Positions 8,865 to 16,998 are shown, numbered from the stretch's first letter. The stretch: 30,097 bases of DNA from Candidatus Margulisiibacteriota bacterium (GCA_035506355.1 DATJPP010000018.1:1-30097); one strand, 5' to 3'. Program-made: numbers and translations. The notes: generated by a model not told the origin, from the sequence alone.

Positions 8865-8890
8865 CCAAATTGAAATTATAAGTTTACATT
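8857..8890. promoter_or_regulatory. BirA (biotin repressor) operator
   Basis: ATTGTCAAC-N16-GTTTACATT matches the known BirA consensus wwTGTtAAC-N14-16-GTTaACAww. It lies 6 nt after the birA stop and overlaps the -35 box. Confidence 0.75.
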
Positions 8891-8896
8891 TCTGCC

Positions 8897-9850
8897 TTAA
8901 CGGCAGTGCACTACATCCCCCGCCATAACCTTTGCGGTCAAACCTGAATCCTTCCTTACCAAGAGCCCTCCGTCAGTGTCGATATCCACGGCCTCCCCTT
9001 CCACCTCCTGTTTCTGACAGCAGACCCTGATCCTCCTGCCTAAGGTAATACTGTATTCCCGCCATCCTTTGAGGACCTGTTCCTCCCCCTTCTCCAGTGA
9101 CAGATAGTTTTCTTCAATCTTACGCAGTATCTCCTGCAGCAGAGGGACGCGGCTTAAATGCTCCTTCTTATGCTCCTTGAGGGATGTTGCCGAGGGCGGA
9201 AGCGACTTTTTATCGTTATTTACGTTGAGACCAAGGCCGATGACCACAAAATTTATCTTATCCGTCTCGGCATTAAGCTCGGTCAATATACCACCCAGCT
9301 TCTTATCTTTAAGTAAAATATCGTTGGGCCATTTTATCTTTGCCTCCATTGAAAGCGTCGAGCCAATAGCCTCGCAGGTACTCACTGCGGCAAGCAGGGT
9401 AAGTATGGACGCCTGGGCGGGGAGCATCTTTGGTTTTAAGATCAGGGATAAATATATCCCCTTGTGCTTCGCAGATACCCAGCTCCTACCAATCCTCCCC
9501 CTCCCCCTGGTCTGTTGTTCGGATAAGACTAGGGTTCCTTCGGGAGCGCCTTTCAACCCCAGCTCCCAGGCGGTATCCATGGTCGAAGGTAGGGATTCAA
9601 AATAATATATCTTCTTCCCGATGAATTTGGTTCCTAATCCGTGGGCTACTTCAAAATCAAAGAGCCTATCCGCCGAAGAGATAAGCTGGTAACCCAGATG
9701 CGGAACGGCGATTATCTCATACCCTTTTTCTTTAAGCTCCTGGATATGTTTCCATAAGGCCTGCCTGCTTATGTCGAGTTTCTGGCTAAGCTGGTCTCCG
9801 GAAATATAGCCTTCTTTGCGCTTCAATAAATCCAGAATCTTATCCTGCAT
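8897..9850 (-). CDS. birA: Bifunctional biotin-[acetyl-CoA-carboxylase] ligase / biotin repressor (group II, with HTH)
   Basis: N-terminal wHTH (ISGDQLSQKLDISRQALWKHIQEL), EQQTRGRGRIGRSW, KWPND, KKLGGIL, GLGLNVN and SH3-like C-terminus. Confidence 0.97.
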   Translation of the reverse strand: MQDKILDLLKRKEGYISGDQLSQKLDISRQALWKHIQELKEKGYEIIAVPHLGYQLISSADRLFDFEVAHGLGTKFIGKKIYYFESLPSTMDTAWELGLKGAPEGTLVLSEQQTRGRGRIGRSWVSAKHKGIYLSLILKPKMLPAQASILTLLAAVSTCEAIGSTLSMEAKIKWPNDILLKDKKLGGILTELNAETDKINFVVIGLGLNVNNDKKSLPPSATSLKEHKKEHLSRVPLLQEILRKIEENYLSLEKGEEQVLKGWREYSITLGRRIRVCCQKQEVEGEAVDIDTDGGLLVRKDSGLTAKVMAGDVVHCR

Positions 9851-9852
9851 CT

Positions 9853-11016
9853 TTATTTCTTTTCGTAAAGGGGAGACATGGCGCGCAGCCTCTCGGTTAC
9901 CTGAGGCAAATGTTCCAAAAGGGAATCGATATCCTCGGGTTTAGTCCACCTGCCCATAGTTATCCTTATTGAGCCATGGGCAAGTTCATGCGTGAGGCCG
10001 GTAGCCAAAAGGACATGCGAAGGCTCCAAAGATGAAGAGGTGCAGGCGGAGCCGGTAGAAACGGCAATCCCTGCCATATCCAGGCTTAAAAGGATGGATT
10101 CTCCTTCGATGTATTTTATGGAAAAATTAACATTATTTGGCAATCTCTTGGTAGGGTGACCGTTAAGATGAATCTCGGGGATCCTTTCGGGGAGTTCTCT
10201 GATTAATCTATCGCGCAGAACGCCTTGGAATTTCGCCTCTTCTGCCATTTTACCCCTGCACAATTCGACAGCCTTACCCAAACCTACTATCCCGGGAGTA
10301 TTATGCGTTGAGGCCCTCCGGTTATTCTCCTGATCTCCTCCGTGCATGAGCCTCTCAAGGCGTACTCCCTTGCGTACATAGAGAGCGCCTACACCCTTAG
10401 GCCCGTAGAACTTATGCGCGGAGAGCGATAACAAATCTACGTTCAAGTCATCCACATCGATAGGTATATGTCCGACGGTCTGCACCGCATCAGTGTGAAA
10501 ATAAATCCCCTTCTCCCTGGCAATGTTACCGATCTCTTTAATCGGCTGTATTGTGCCTATTTCGTTATTGGCGTGCATAACACTGATCAATACGGTCTTA
10601 TCGGTGATCGCCCTCTTTATATCGTCGGCAGAGACTAGTCCATATTTATCTACTCCCACGAAAGTCACCTTAAAGCCGTTTTTCTCCAGATATTTGCACG
10701 GCTCACTGATAGCATGATGCTCAATGGCGGTAGTAATGATGTGGTTACCTTTCTGCTGCATTATCTGGGCAACGCCTTTTATCGCCAGGTTATCCGATTC
10801 TGTGCCGCCGGATGTAAATATTATCTCCTGCGGCTTGGCCCCCAGGAAATTTGCTACAGAATCCCGGCTATCCTCAACCGCTCCTTTGGCTTCCTGCCCA
10901 AAGGCGTGCAGGCTTGAGGCATTACCGAACCTTTCGAAGAAATACGGCTCCATCGCCTTGAGCACCTCGGGGTCGCAGGGCGCAGTCGCCGCATAATCCA
11001 GATATATATTTTTCAT
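9853..11016 (-). CDS. nifS: Cysteine desulfurase (NifS/IscS)
   Basis: IYLDYAAT, FTSGGTESDN, HTDAVQ, SAHKFYGPKG (PLP Lys) and STGSACTS (catalytic Cys). Confidence 0.96.
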   Translation of the reverse strand: MKNIYLDYAATAPCDPEVLKAMEPYFFERFGNASSLHAFGQEAKGAVEDSRDSVANFLGAKPQEIIFTSGGTESDNLAIKGVAQIMQQKGNHIITTAIEHHAISEPCKYLEKNGFKVTFVGVDKYGLVSADDIKRAITDKTVLISVMHANNEIGTIQPIKEIGNIAREKGIYFHTDAVQTVGHIPIDVDDLNVDLLSLSAHKFYGPKGVGALYVRKGVRLERLMHGGDQENNRRASTHNTPGIVGLGKAVELCRGKMAEEAKFQGVLRDRLIRELPERIPEIHLNGHPTKRLPNNVNFSIKYIEGESILLSLDMAGIAVSTGSACTSSSLEPSHVLLATGLTHELAHGSIRITMGRWTKPEDIDSLLEHLPQVTERLRAMSPLYEKK

Positions 11017-11816
11017 CTGATCACCTCATTTATACTCCCGCTGCGGAAACCTTCCAGATCCAGCGTCACATAATTATAGCCTAATTTTTTCATTTTGTCG
11101 ACAACCTGCTCTCTAAACTTCAGAAAAAGCGGGATTTCTTCTTTCAAAACCTCTATCCGGCATAGCGCTTGATAATCCCTGACTCTAGCCTGCATAAAAC
11201 CTAGTTTCCCTAGGAGGGACTCTGCCTCTTCAATGCGCCTCAAGAGCCTTAAAGTTATCTTCCTGCCGTAGGGCACCCTGGAGGCAAGGCAGGCCTGGCT
11301 TGCCTTATTCCAGGTCAACAACCCTAATTTCTTGCTAAGTTTCCGTATATCTTCCTTGCTAAGAAGGGCCTCTTTAAGCGGCGAGCGCACTTTCAGTTCG
11401 TTTAAGGCCCTTCTACCCGGGCGGTAATCAGAATCATCTGAAATATTGCTGGCATCTACGACCACCTTAAGGCCTTCCCGGGAAGCAATTTTCTTTAGTT
11501 TCTTAAAGAGTCCTAACTTACAAAAATAACAGCGTTCAATTGGATTTGAGGTAAACCTTCTGTCTTTCAGCTCCTGCGTATTAACCACCCTGTGCCTGAC
11601 CTTTAAACCCTGCGTAATGCTCCGTGAGAAAACCAGCTCTTTCTTCGGATAGGTGGCCGAATTAGCGGTCACGGCGAGCAACTTCTCCCTGGGCAATACC
11701 AGCGATGCCACCTTTAAAAGAAAGGTGCTGTCTAGCCCGCCTGAGAATGCCACAAGGCAGGAGCCGTAACCGGAAATTATTTTCTTGAGACTCGATATTT
11801 TTTGCTCCGGAGTCAT
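11013..11816 (-). CDS. larE: ATP-dependent sulfur transferase, LarE family
   Basis: VAFSGGLDS PP-loop, RCYFCK, DYRPG, SPL, SQACLASRVPYG, RVR and YVTLDLEGFRSGS. Confidence 0.9.
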   Translation of the reverse strand: MTPEQKISSLKKIISGYGSCLVAFSGGLDSTFLLKVASLVLPREKLLAVTANSATYPKKELVFSRSITQGLKVRHRVVNTQELKDRRFTSNPIERCYFCKLGLFKKLKKIASREGLKVVVDASNISDDSDYRPGRRALNELKVRSPLKEALLSKEDIRKLSKKLGLLTWNKASQACLASRVPYGRKITLRLLRRIEEAESLLGKLGFMQARVRDYQALCRIEVLKEEIPLFLKFREQVVDKMKKLGYNYVTLDLEGFRSGSINEVIR

Positions 11817-11819
11817 CTT

Positions 11820-12227
11820 CTAAAAATGCACTTCCATGGCCCGGGTGGGACAGATCTTCACGCAGAGTTCGCAGGCAATGCATTTGTTATCGTAAAAATG
11901 AACCTTGCGGGTATGCTGATCGACCACCAGGGCATTAGTAGGGCATATAGGAACACAAACACCGCAATCAGTACATTTGCTCTCATTGCGTATTACATCC
12001 TGGCTTAAGGGCTGAATCCTCACCCCGCAGGACTGTAGATAATCTATCCCTTTGTTAAAATTATCGTCTTTCCCCTTAAGCTCAAGGACCATCAGCCCTT
12101 CTTCCTGGGGCGTGACATAAGCCTTAAGTATATTGAACTGCAGGTCATACTCCTTGACCAACTTATAGACTATAGGCTGGTCTACCAGGCGGTTGGGAAA
12201 ATGCAAAACTATTCTTTTTGAGGTCAT
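11820..12227 (-). CDS. NIL domain + 2x[4Fe-4S] ferredoxin (MA1822-like subunit of aspartate-semialdehyde sulfurtransferase)
   Basis: NIL motif (YDLQFNILKA), followed by CTDCGVCVPICP and CIACELCVKICP. Adjacent to the MA1821-like gene. Confidence 0.88.
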   Translation of the reverse strand: MTSKRIVLHFPNRLVDQPIVYKLVKEYDLQFNILKAYVTPQEEGLMVLELKGKDDNFNKGIDYLQSCGVRIQPLSQDVIRNESKCTDCGVCVPICPTNALVVDQHTRKVHFYDNKCIACELCVKICPTRAMEVHF

Positions 12228-12239
12228 CTTACTTTCTCC

Positions 12240-13442
12240 CTAACTAATTGGCCTTTCTTTTAACGGCTTAAAAGTATACCCGGAATCTGCTCCAGGGAGG
12301 CTTGCGACTGCTTCCGTGAGCAGAAATTCTCCCTTTTTAATCCAGGCCTTAAGCTCTTCGGCAATCTCACGCGCTTTGGAATAACTGGAGAGGTTACCCG
12401 TCGGAACATCCTTCCCCTGCACTGAAACCTTGCCGGTCTTTAGTTGCGCGTAATTAGCTTCCCCCAGAGAACCGGGGACGCATTGAGGATAATTTGCGCT
12501 GTAATCTACTATCTGCGTATACAATTCCTCGTCTCTTGCCGCGGCATTTTTGAGGATCTCTTCATCCAGTATCGGTATGGGGACTCCTATCCCCACAATC
12601 AGGGTTACTCCATAACCAAGCATGCTCGTCCCCACCAACCATTCCGCCCTCATCTGTTTTAGGTCCCCGATCACTGCCAATGTCCCTGCGGGAGCCTGCG
12701 GGACTCCATTAGGCTTCCTGGGCACCGAAGGATTGTGCTGGGTGCCTTGCCAGGCAACATAGCCAACGCCGCCTCCCAGGAATATCTTCGTACCAATACC
12801 TATGGTCTTAAGGTAAGGGTCTTTCAAAAGCGGTGAAAGCTGTCCGGCAGAACAGTAATTGGCATTACCTAATTTCGGCTTCAACGCGCCCATATAAGTA
12901 TAGATCATCTTATCAGAGAGGTTCACCGCGATATTGTAATTCTGATAGCAATTACGGATATTAAATAAGACTGCCTCGTTCATACCCTGCAGATTAACCC
13001 AGCTCTCCAGTTTCTTTCTGGGATAGCAGTCCGTCCCGTAAGCGGTCGCTTCCAAGCGTATATCCTTACCTGCCACGAGTTCCTGGATCACGTGTGCCCC
13101 GCCGTATTTAAACTCGCCCGGATAAACCTTATTCCGGGGGTCATCATCCGGTATGGCGGTGGCACCCAGGTAAATATCCACTGCCGCAAACCCGGTATAA
13201 ACAGGCACATCATTAAGCTTGCAGACGCCGCCTCCAAGTTTTATCCTGGGCTTGGAATGGCCGATATTAAAATATGCGCCCGATGAACACATCGGGCCGA
13301 AGGTCCCGGTAGTAACCACATCTATCTCTTCCGCCGCCTTCTTGCTCCCCTTCTTATTTACCAGGTCAATTACTTCCTCGGCAGTCACTACCACTGCCTG
13401 ACCCTTTTTTATCTTTTCATTTATCTCTTTTATGCTTTTCAT
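12240..13442 (-). CDS. Homocysteine biosynthesis protein (MA1821/DUF39 family, L-aspartate semialdehyde sulfurtransferase), no CBS domain
   Basis: EINEKIKKGQAVVVTAEE, DVVTTGTFGPMCSSG, YGTDCYP, RNCYQNY, YTYMG, GQLSPLLKDP and GTQHNP. Start moved to ATG 13442 after GGGGGTG. Confidence 0.88.
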   Translation of the reverse strand: MKSIKEINEKIKKGQAVVVTAEEVIDLVNKKGSKKAAEEIDVVTTGTFGPMCSSGAYFNIGHSKPRIKLGGGVCKLNDVPVYTGFAAVDIYLGATAIPDDDPRNKVYPGEFKYGGAHVIQELVAGKDIRLEATAYGTDCYPRKKLESWVNLQGMNEAVLFNIRNCYQNYNIAVNLSDKMIYTYMGALKPKLGNANYCSAGQLSPLLKDPYLKTIGIGTKIFLGGGVGYVAWQGTQHNPSVPRKPNGVPQAPAGTLAVIGDLKQMRAEWLVGTSMLGYGVTLIVGIGVPIPILDEEILKNAAARDEELYTQIVDYSANYPQCVPGSLGEANYAQLKTGKVSVQGKDVPTGNLSSYSKAREIAEELKAWIKKGEFLLTEAVASLPGADSGYTFKPLKERPIS

Positions 13443-13461
13443 TAATTTAACACCCCCCTTA

Positions 13462-13683
13462 CTATAACGCAACTACCTCTTTAACCTCCGGGATTTCCTG
13501 TTTTAGGATCCTTTCAATACCCATCTTAAGGGTCATTGAGCTCATCGGGCAACATCCGCAGGTACCGGTAAGTTTCAGCTTTACCACTCCCTCTTTGGTT
13601 ACATCTACTAATTCCACGTTTCCGCCGTCAGCGGCAAGCATCGGACGTACCTTCTCCAAAGCCTTCTCAACCTTCTCTCTCAT
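13462..13683 (-). CDS. Nfu/NifU C-terminal-type Fe-S carrier
   Basis: [36 protein letters not shown]. Confidence 0.92.
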   Translation of the reverse strand: MREKVEKALEKVRPMLAADGGNVELVDVTKEGVVKLKLTGTCGCCPMSSMTLKMGIERILKQEIPEVKEVVAL

Positions 13684-13695
13684 TTTCTTCTCCTC

Positions 13696-14622
13696 TCATT
13701 TTTTGGCGAATAATTCCGTGCTAAGGTATCGTTCGCCGGTGTCAGGAAATATAACTACAATAAGCTTACCTCTATTCTCAACCCGCCTGGCCACTTCCAG
13801 GGCAGCATATGCGGCAGCCCCTGAAGATATCCCTACCAGTATTCCCTCTTCCCTGGCCAGCCTTGCGGAAGAGGAAGCGGCATCTTCATTGGAAACCTGG
13901 ATTATTTCGTCAATGATACTTCTGTTCAAGACCTCGGGTACGAACCCCGCGCCTATCCCCTGGATCTTATGCGGCCCGGGCTTGCCTCCGGATAAAACCG
14001 GAGAATCTTTGGGCTCAACTGCTACGGCCTTGAAAGAAGGTTTCTTTTTCTTGATAACCTCTGCTATACCTGTAATTGTACCGCCTGTCCCTACCCCTGC
14101 GACCAGAATATCCACTTTCCCCTCGGTATCATCCCAAATTTCATTTGCTGTGGTAAACCTGTGCACCTGCGGATTTGCAGGGTTCTTAAATTGCTGTAGT
14201 ATAAGATAGCGCTGATCGGCGCTCGCCAGATCTTCGGCTTTCTTTACCGCGCCTCTCATCCCCTCTGTCCCGGGAGTAAGGAGTATCTGGGCGCCCAATG
14301 CCGATAAAAGCTGCCTGCGCTCGATACTCATCGTCTCAGGCATGGTCAAGACCAGTTTATAACCCTTCACCGCGCAGACAAAGGCTAATGCTATACCGGT
14401 ATTCCCCGAGGTCGGCTCTATGATAATGGTATCCTTTTTGATCTTTCCCTGCGCCTCCGCTGCCTCGATCATAGCCAGCCCAATCCTGTCTTTTACCGAA
14501 GAACAGGGGTTAAAAAACTCCAGCTTAGCGTAGATATCAGCCTGGCAACCGCCGGTTATCCTGTTAAGCTGCACCAGGGGGGTATTTCCGATAAGCCGAG
14601 TAATATCTTTAGCAACTTTCAT
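13696..14622 (-). CDS. cysK: Cysteine synthase A (O-acetylserine sulfhydrylase)
   Basis: [50 protein letters not shown] and [10 protein letters not shown]. Confidence 0.97.
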   Translation of the reverse strand: MKVAKDITRLIGNTPLVQLNRITGGCQADIYAKLEFFNPCSSVKDRIGLAMIEAAEAQGKIKKDTIIIEPTSGNTGIALAFVCAVKGYKLVLTMPETMSIERRQLLSALGAQILLTPGTEGMRGAVKKAEDLASADQRYLILQQFKNPANPQVHRFTTANEIWDDTEGKVDILVAGVGTGGTITGIAEVIKKKKPSFKAVAVEPKDSPVLSGGKPGPHKIQGIGAGFVPEVLNRSIIDEIIQVSNEDAASSSARLAREEGILVGISSGAAAYAALEVARRVENRGKLIVVIFPDTGERYLSTELFAKK

Positions 14623-14636
14623 TGTTTACGCCCTCC

Positions 14637-15077
14637 TTAAATGAAATAAGCCAACGCCTGCTCACCGGAATTAACCTGGGAAGCCAACTCTTCAAAAGTT
14701 ACGTTATCAATTATATCGGATGTCGCCTGAGATACCCTCTGCCACATCTTCTTGAACACGCACTTATTGATCTCCTTACAATTAGAATAACCTTCCTTCA
14801 CGCATGAAATTGGTTCTAGAGGGCCATCGATATATCTTACTACCTCTCCTACGGTTATTTTGTCGGGGGTTCTGGATAACATATAACCGCCGATATTACC
14901 GCGCCTGCTTTCGATAAAGCCACCTTTTCTCAAATCCAAAAGGACTTGTTCCAGGAATTTTACAGGCGCATCTATACGCTGAGCCAAATCGTGGCCTGTA
15001 ACTAATTCCTGGTTGTAATGAAGCGCTAAGTCTAAAACAGCCTTCAATGCGTAATCGCCTTTAAATGTAATCTTCAT
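14637..15077 (-). CDS. Rrf2-family regulator (IscR/CymR-like, three Cys)
   Basis: KGDYALKA, FLEQVLLDL...SRRGNIGGYML wHTH, and C-x7-C-x5-C (SCVKEGYSNCKEINKC). Confidence 0.92.
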   Translation of the reverse strand: MKITFKGDYALKAVLDLALHYNQELVTGHDLAQRIDAPVKFLEQVLLDLRKGGFIESRRGNIGGYMLSRTPDKITVGEVVRYIDGPLEPISCVKEGYSNCKEINKCVFKKMWQRVSQATSDIIDNVTFEELASQVNSGEQALAYFI

Positions 15078-15096
15078 TCTAACACCCTAATCCTAT

Positions 15097-15144
15097 TATC
15101 TCTATTGACAAAGTAGAGTATAGCTGAAAAAAATAGTTTGTCAA
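15097..15144 (-). promoter_or_regulatory. sigma70 promoter of the sulfur operon with an overlapping IscR-type inverted repeat
   Basis: TTGACA(15144-15139)-N16-TATACT(15122-15117), plus CTCTACT-TTGTC-AATAGAG (15118-15100), a 7-5-7 inverted repeat with one mismatch spanning the start region. Confidence 0.72.
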
Positions 15145-15151
15145 GTGATTC

Positions 15152-15826
15152 TTAAGAAATTATTTCTCTGAAAATCAAGGCTTTCTTGGGGCAGATAGAA
15201 ACACATAGGCCGCACTTAAGGCAATCCCTCTCTTTTACCAACTCTATCCCCTTACCTTTATAAAGGTAAGGCTTAAGTTGCACGGGGCAAACTTTGGCGC
15301 ACAATTTGCATCCAATACAAAGTTCAGAATTTATCTTAAGGGGGTTTTTATTTTTCCCTGTCAGGTTTACCAGTGTCCCTATCGGGCAAATCATGCACCA
15401 GGAGCGCTGATGGAATATCACTGCCAGGAGTACTCCTGTAATGGTAGTAATGGTAAGGAGGGTAACAAAAAATGCACCCATCTTATGGGGGCTAGGCCAA
15501 CTCCTTTCTAAATTATAGGCCATCACCAGCATAAGAAAAGTAAGAATAGTCAGCCTAAAATATATGTTTCTAAAAATAGCGGGGATCTTTTTCTTAAGGC
15601 TGACCTTGCGGAGTAAGGCGTCATAGAAACTACCTCTGGGGCAATACCAGTCGCACCATTTACGGCCCCGCCCTAGGCCTATGACTATTCCTAAAAGCAT
15701 GCAAAAAGGGATAAAGTACCCCAAGAGGGGATATTGCCAGCCCAAAATTAGTATCAAAATGAAACCTATAGACATGAGAAGCTGCCTGAATAGCCTCTTC
15801 TGCTGCCGAAGCTTGTATTCTTCCAT
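15152..15826 (-). CDS. Membrane 4Fe-4S protein (NapH/YccM-like polyferredoxin)
   Basis: Four hydrophobic segments, GRKWCDWYCPRG and WCMICPIG, then CIGCKLCAKVCP and CLKCGLCVSICP. Confidence 0.85.
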   Translation of the reverse strand: MEEYKLRQQKRLFRQLLMSIGFILILILGWQYPLLGYFIPFCMLLGIVIGLGRGRKWCDWYCPRGSFYDALLRKVSLKKKIPAIFRNIYFRLTILTFLMLVMAYNLERSWPSPHKMGAFFVTLLTITTITGVLLAVIFHQRSWCMICPIGTLVNLTGKNKNPLKINSELCIGCKLCAKVCPVQLKPYLYKGKGIELVKERDCLKCGLCVSICPKKALIFREIIS

Positions 15827-15828
15827 AG

Positions 15829-16734
15829 TTAAAATTTATGTTCTGCCAGATAACGGAAGGCGCTGAGCGCGGCTTTTGAACCTTCACCGGCGGCGATGAT
15901 GATCTGTTTCTCCGGGACATCGGTTACGTCTCCGGCGGCAAATATCCCCGCGATATTGGTCTCATTACGGCAATTGATCTTAATCTCCCCCAGGCTATTC
16001 TTTTCTATCTGCGGGGCAAAGCCGGAATTAGGCTCAAGGCCTATTTCCACGAATACCCCTTTAACGGCAAGCGTCTCATCCCTGCCTTCCCTTTTTATCA
16101 TGATACCATTTACCATTTTCTCACCCAGGATAGCCTTTACTCGACTGTTATTTAAGATAACGACATTTTTGGCCTCTTCTATTTTCTCGCGCATAACCGC
16201 ATCCCCGCGCAAGCTAGCGGTATCGTTAATTAAATATACCTTCCCGGCTATACGCATCAGTTGCATGACCGCATCCAGCGCGGAGTTCCCTCCTCCGATA
16301 ACCGCTATATCCTTAGAGGCGAAAAGCGGACCGTCACAGGTCGCGCAATAAGTAAGCCCCCTGTTTTTGTATTCCTTTTCTCCCGGGACATTCAATTCCC
16401 GCGCCTTTTTACCGGAGGCGATAATTACTGTCCTTGCCCCATACTCACCCTTATCAGTGGTAACGCTTACGGTCTCCTTAGATTTTTTTATCTCAATAAC
16501 TACCTCACTCTCTCTTACCTGTATACCGTACTTGCGCATGTGCTCTTCAAATTTGGCGGCTAACTCTAGGCCTGTGATAAACTGATAGCCCGTATAATTC
16601 TCTACATCGCCGCTTAAGGCGGCTTGACCACCGATATCCTTGCTGATGACCAGAAGGTCGAGTTTCTTCCTGGCGGCATAGACTCCGGCGGTAATACCGG
16701 CAGGTCCGGCACCGATAATAATCAGGTCTGTCAT
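15829..16734 (-). CDS. trxB: Thioredoxin reductase / AhpF C-terminal-like disulfide reductase
   Basis: IIGAGPAGITA, YCATCDGP, VIGGGNSA, FAAGDVTD and KQIIIAAGEG. Confidence 0.9.
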   Translation of the reverse strand: MTDLIIIGAGPAGITAGVYAARKKLDLLVISKDIGGQAALSGDVENYTGYQFITGLELAAKFEEHMRKYGIQVRESEVVIEIKKSKETVSVTTDKGEYGARTVIIASGKKARELNVPGEKEYKNRGLTYCATCDGPLFASKDIAVIGGGNSALDAVMQLMRIAGKVYLINDTASLRGDAVMREKIEEAKNVVILNNSRVKAILGEKMVNGIMIKREGRDETLAVKGVFVEIGLEPNSGFAPQIEKNSLGEIKINCRNETNIAGIFAAGDVTDVPEKQIIIAAGEGSKAALSAFRYLAEHKF

Positions 16735-16742
16735 CTTCTCTT

Positions 16743-16976
16743 CTAAATTCCCAGGGTTTCTTTTATTTTGCCTCTGTCAAAACCTACGATGATTACTCCT
16801 TCAATATCTACGACCGGGACTCCCATCTGCCCGGATTTTTTGATCATCTCTTCGGCAGCAACCTGGTTGGTAGATACGTCAAATTCTTCAAAGGTTACGT
16901 TGCTCTCCTTTAAGAATTGCTTTGTACGGATACACCACGGACAAGTGGGCGTGCTGTAAACCTTGACATTCTTCAT
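16743..16976 (-). CDS. Glutaredoxin-like (NrdH-redoxin) protein
   Basis: YSTPTCPWC, SGQMGVPV and IVGFD in 77 aa. Confidence 0.92.
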   Translation of the reverse strand: MKNVKVYSTPTCPWCIRTKQFLKESNVTFEEFDVSTNQVAAEEMIKKSGQMGVPVVDIEGVIIVGFDRGKIKETLGI

Positions 16977-16998
16977 AGCTTATCCTCTCTTTTTAAAT

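Noticed and set aside
8805-8896. Cobalamin riboswitch or Fur box upstream of the BtuB-like receptor
   Set aside because: The leader is only about 25-30 nt, too short for a B12 riboswitch, and no GATAATGATAATCATTATC-like site is visible.
15105-15110. Plus-strand TTGACA suggesting a divergent promoter
   Set aside because: No plus-strand gene or convincing -10 follows. It is part of the operator inverted repeat.
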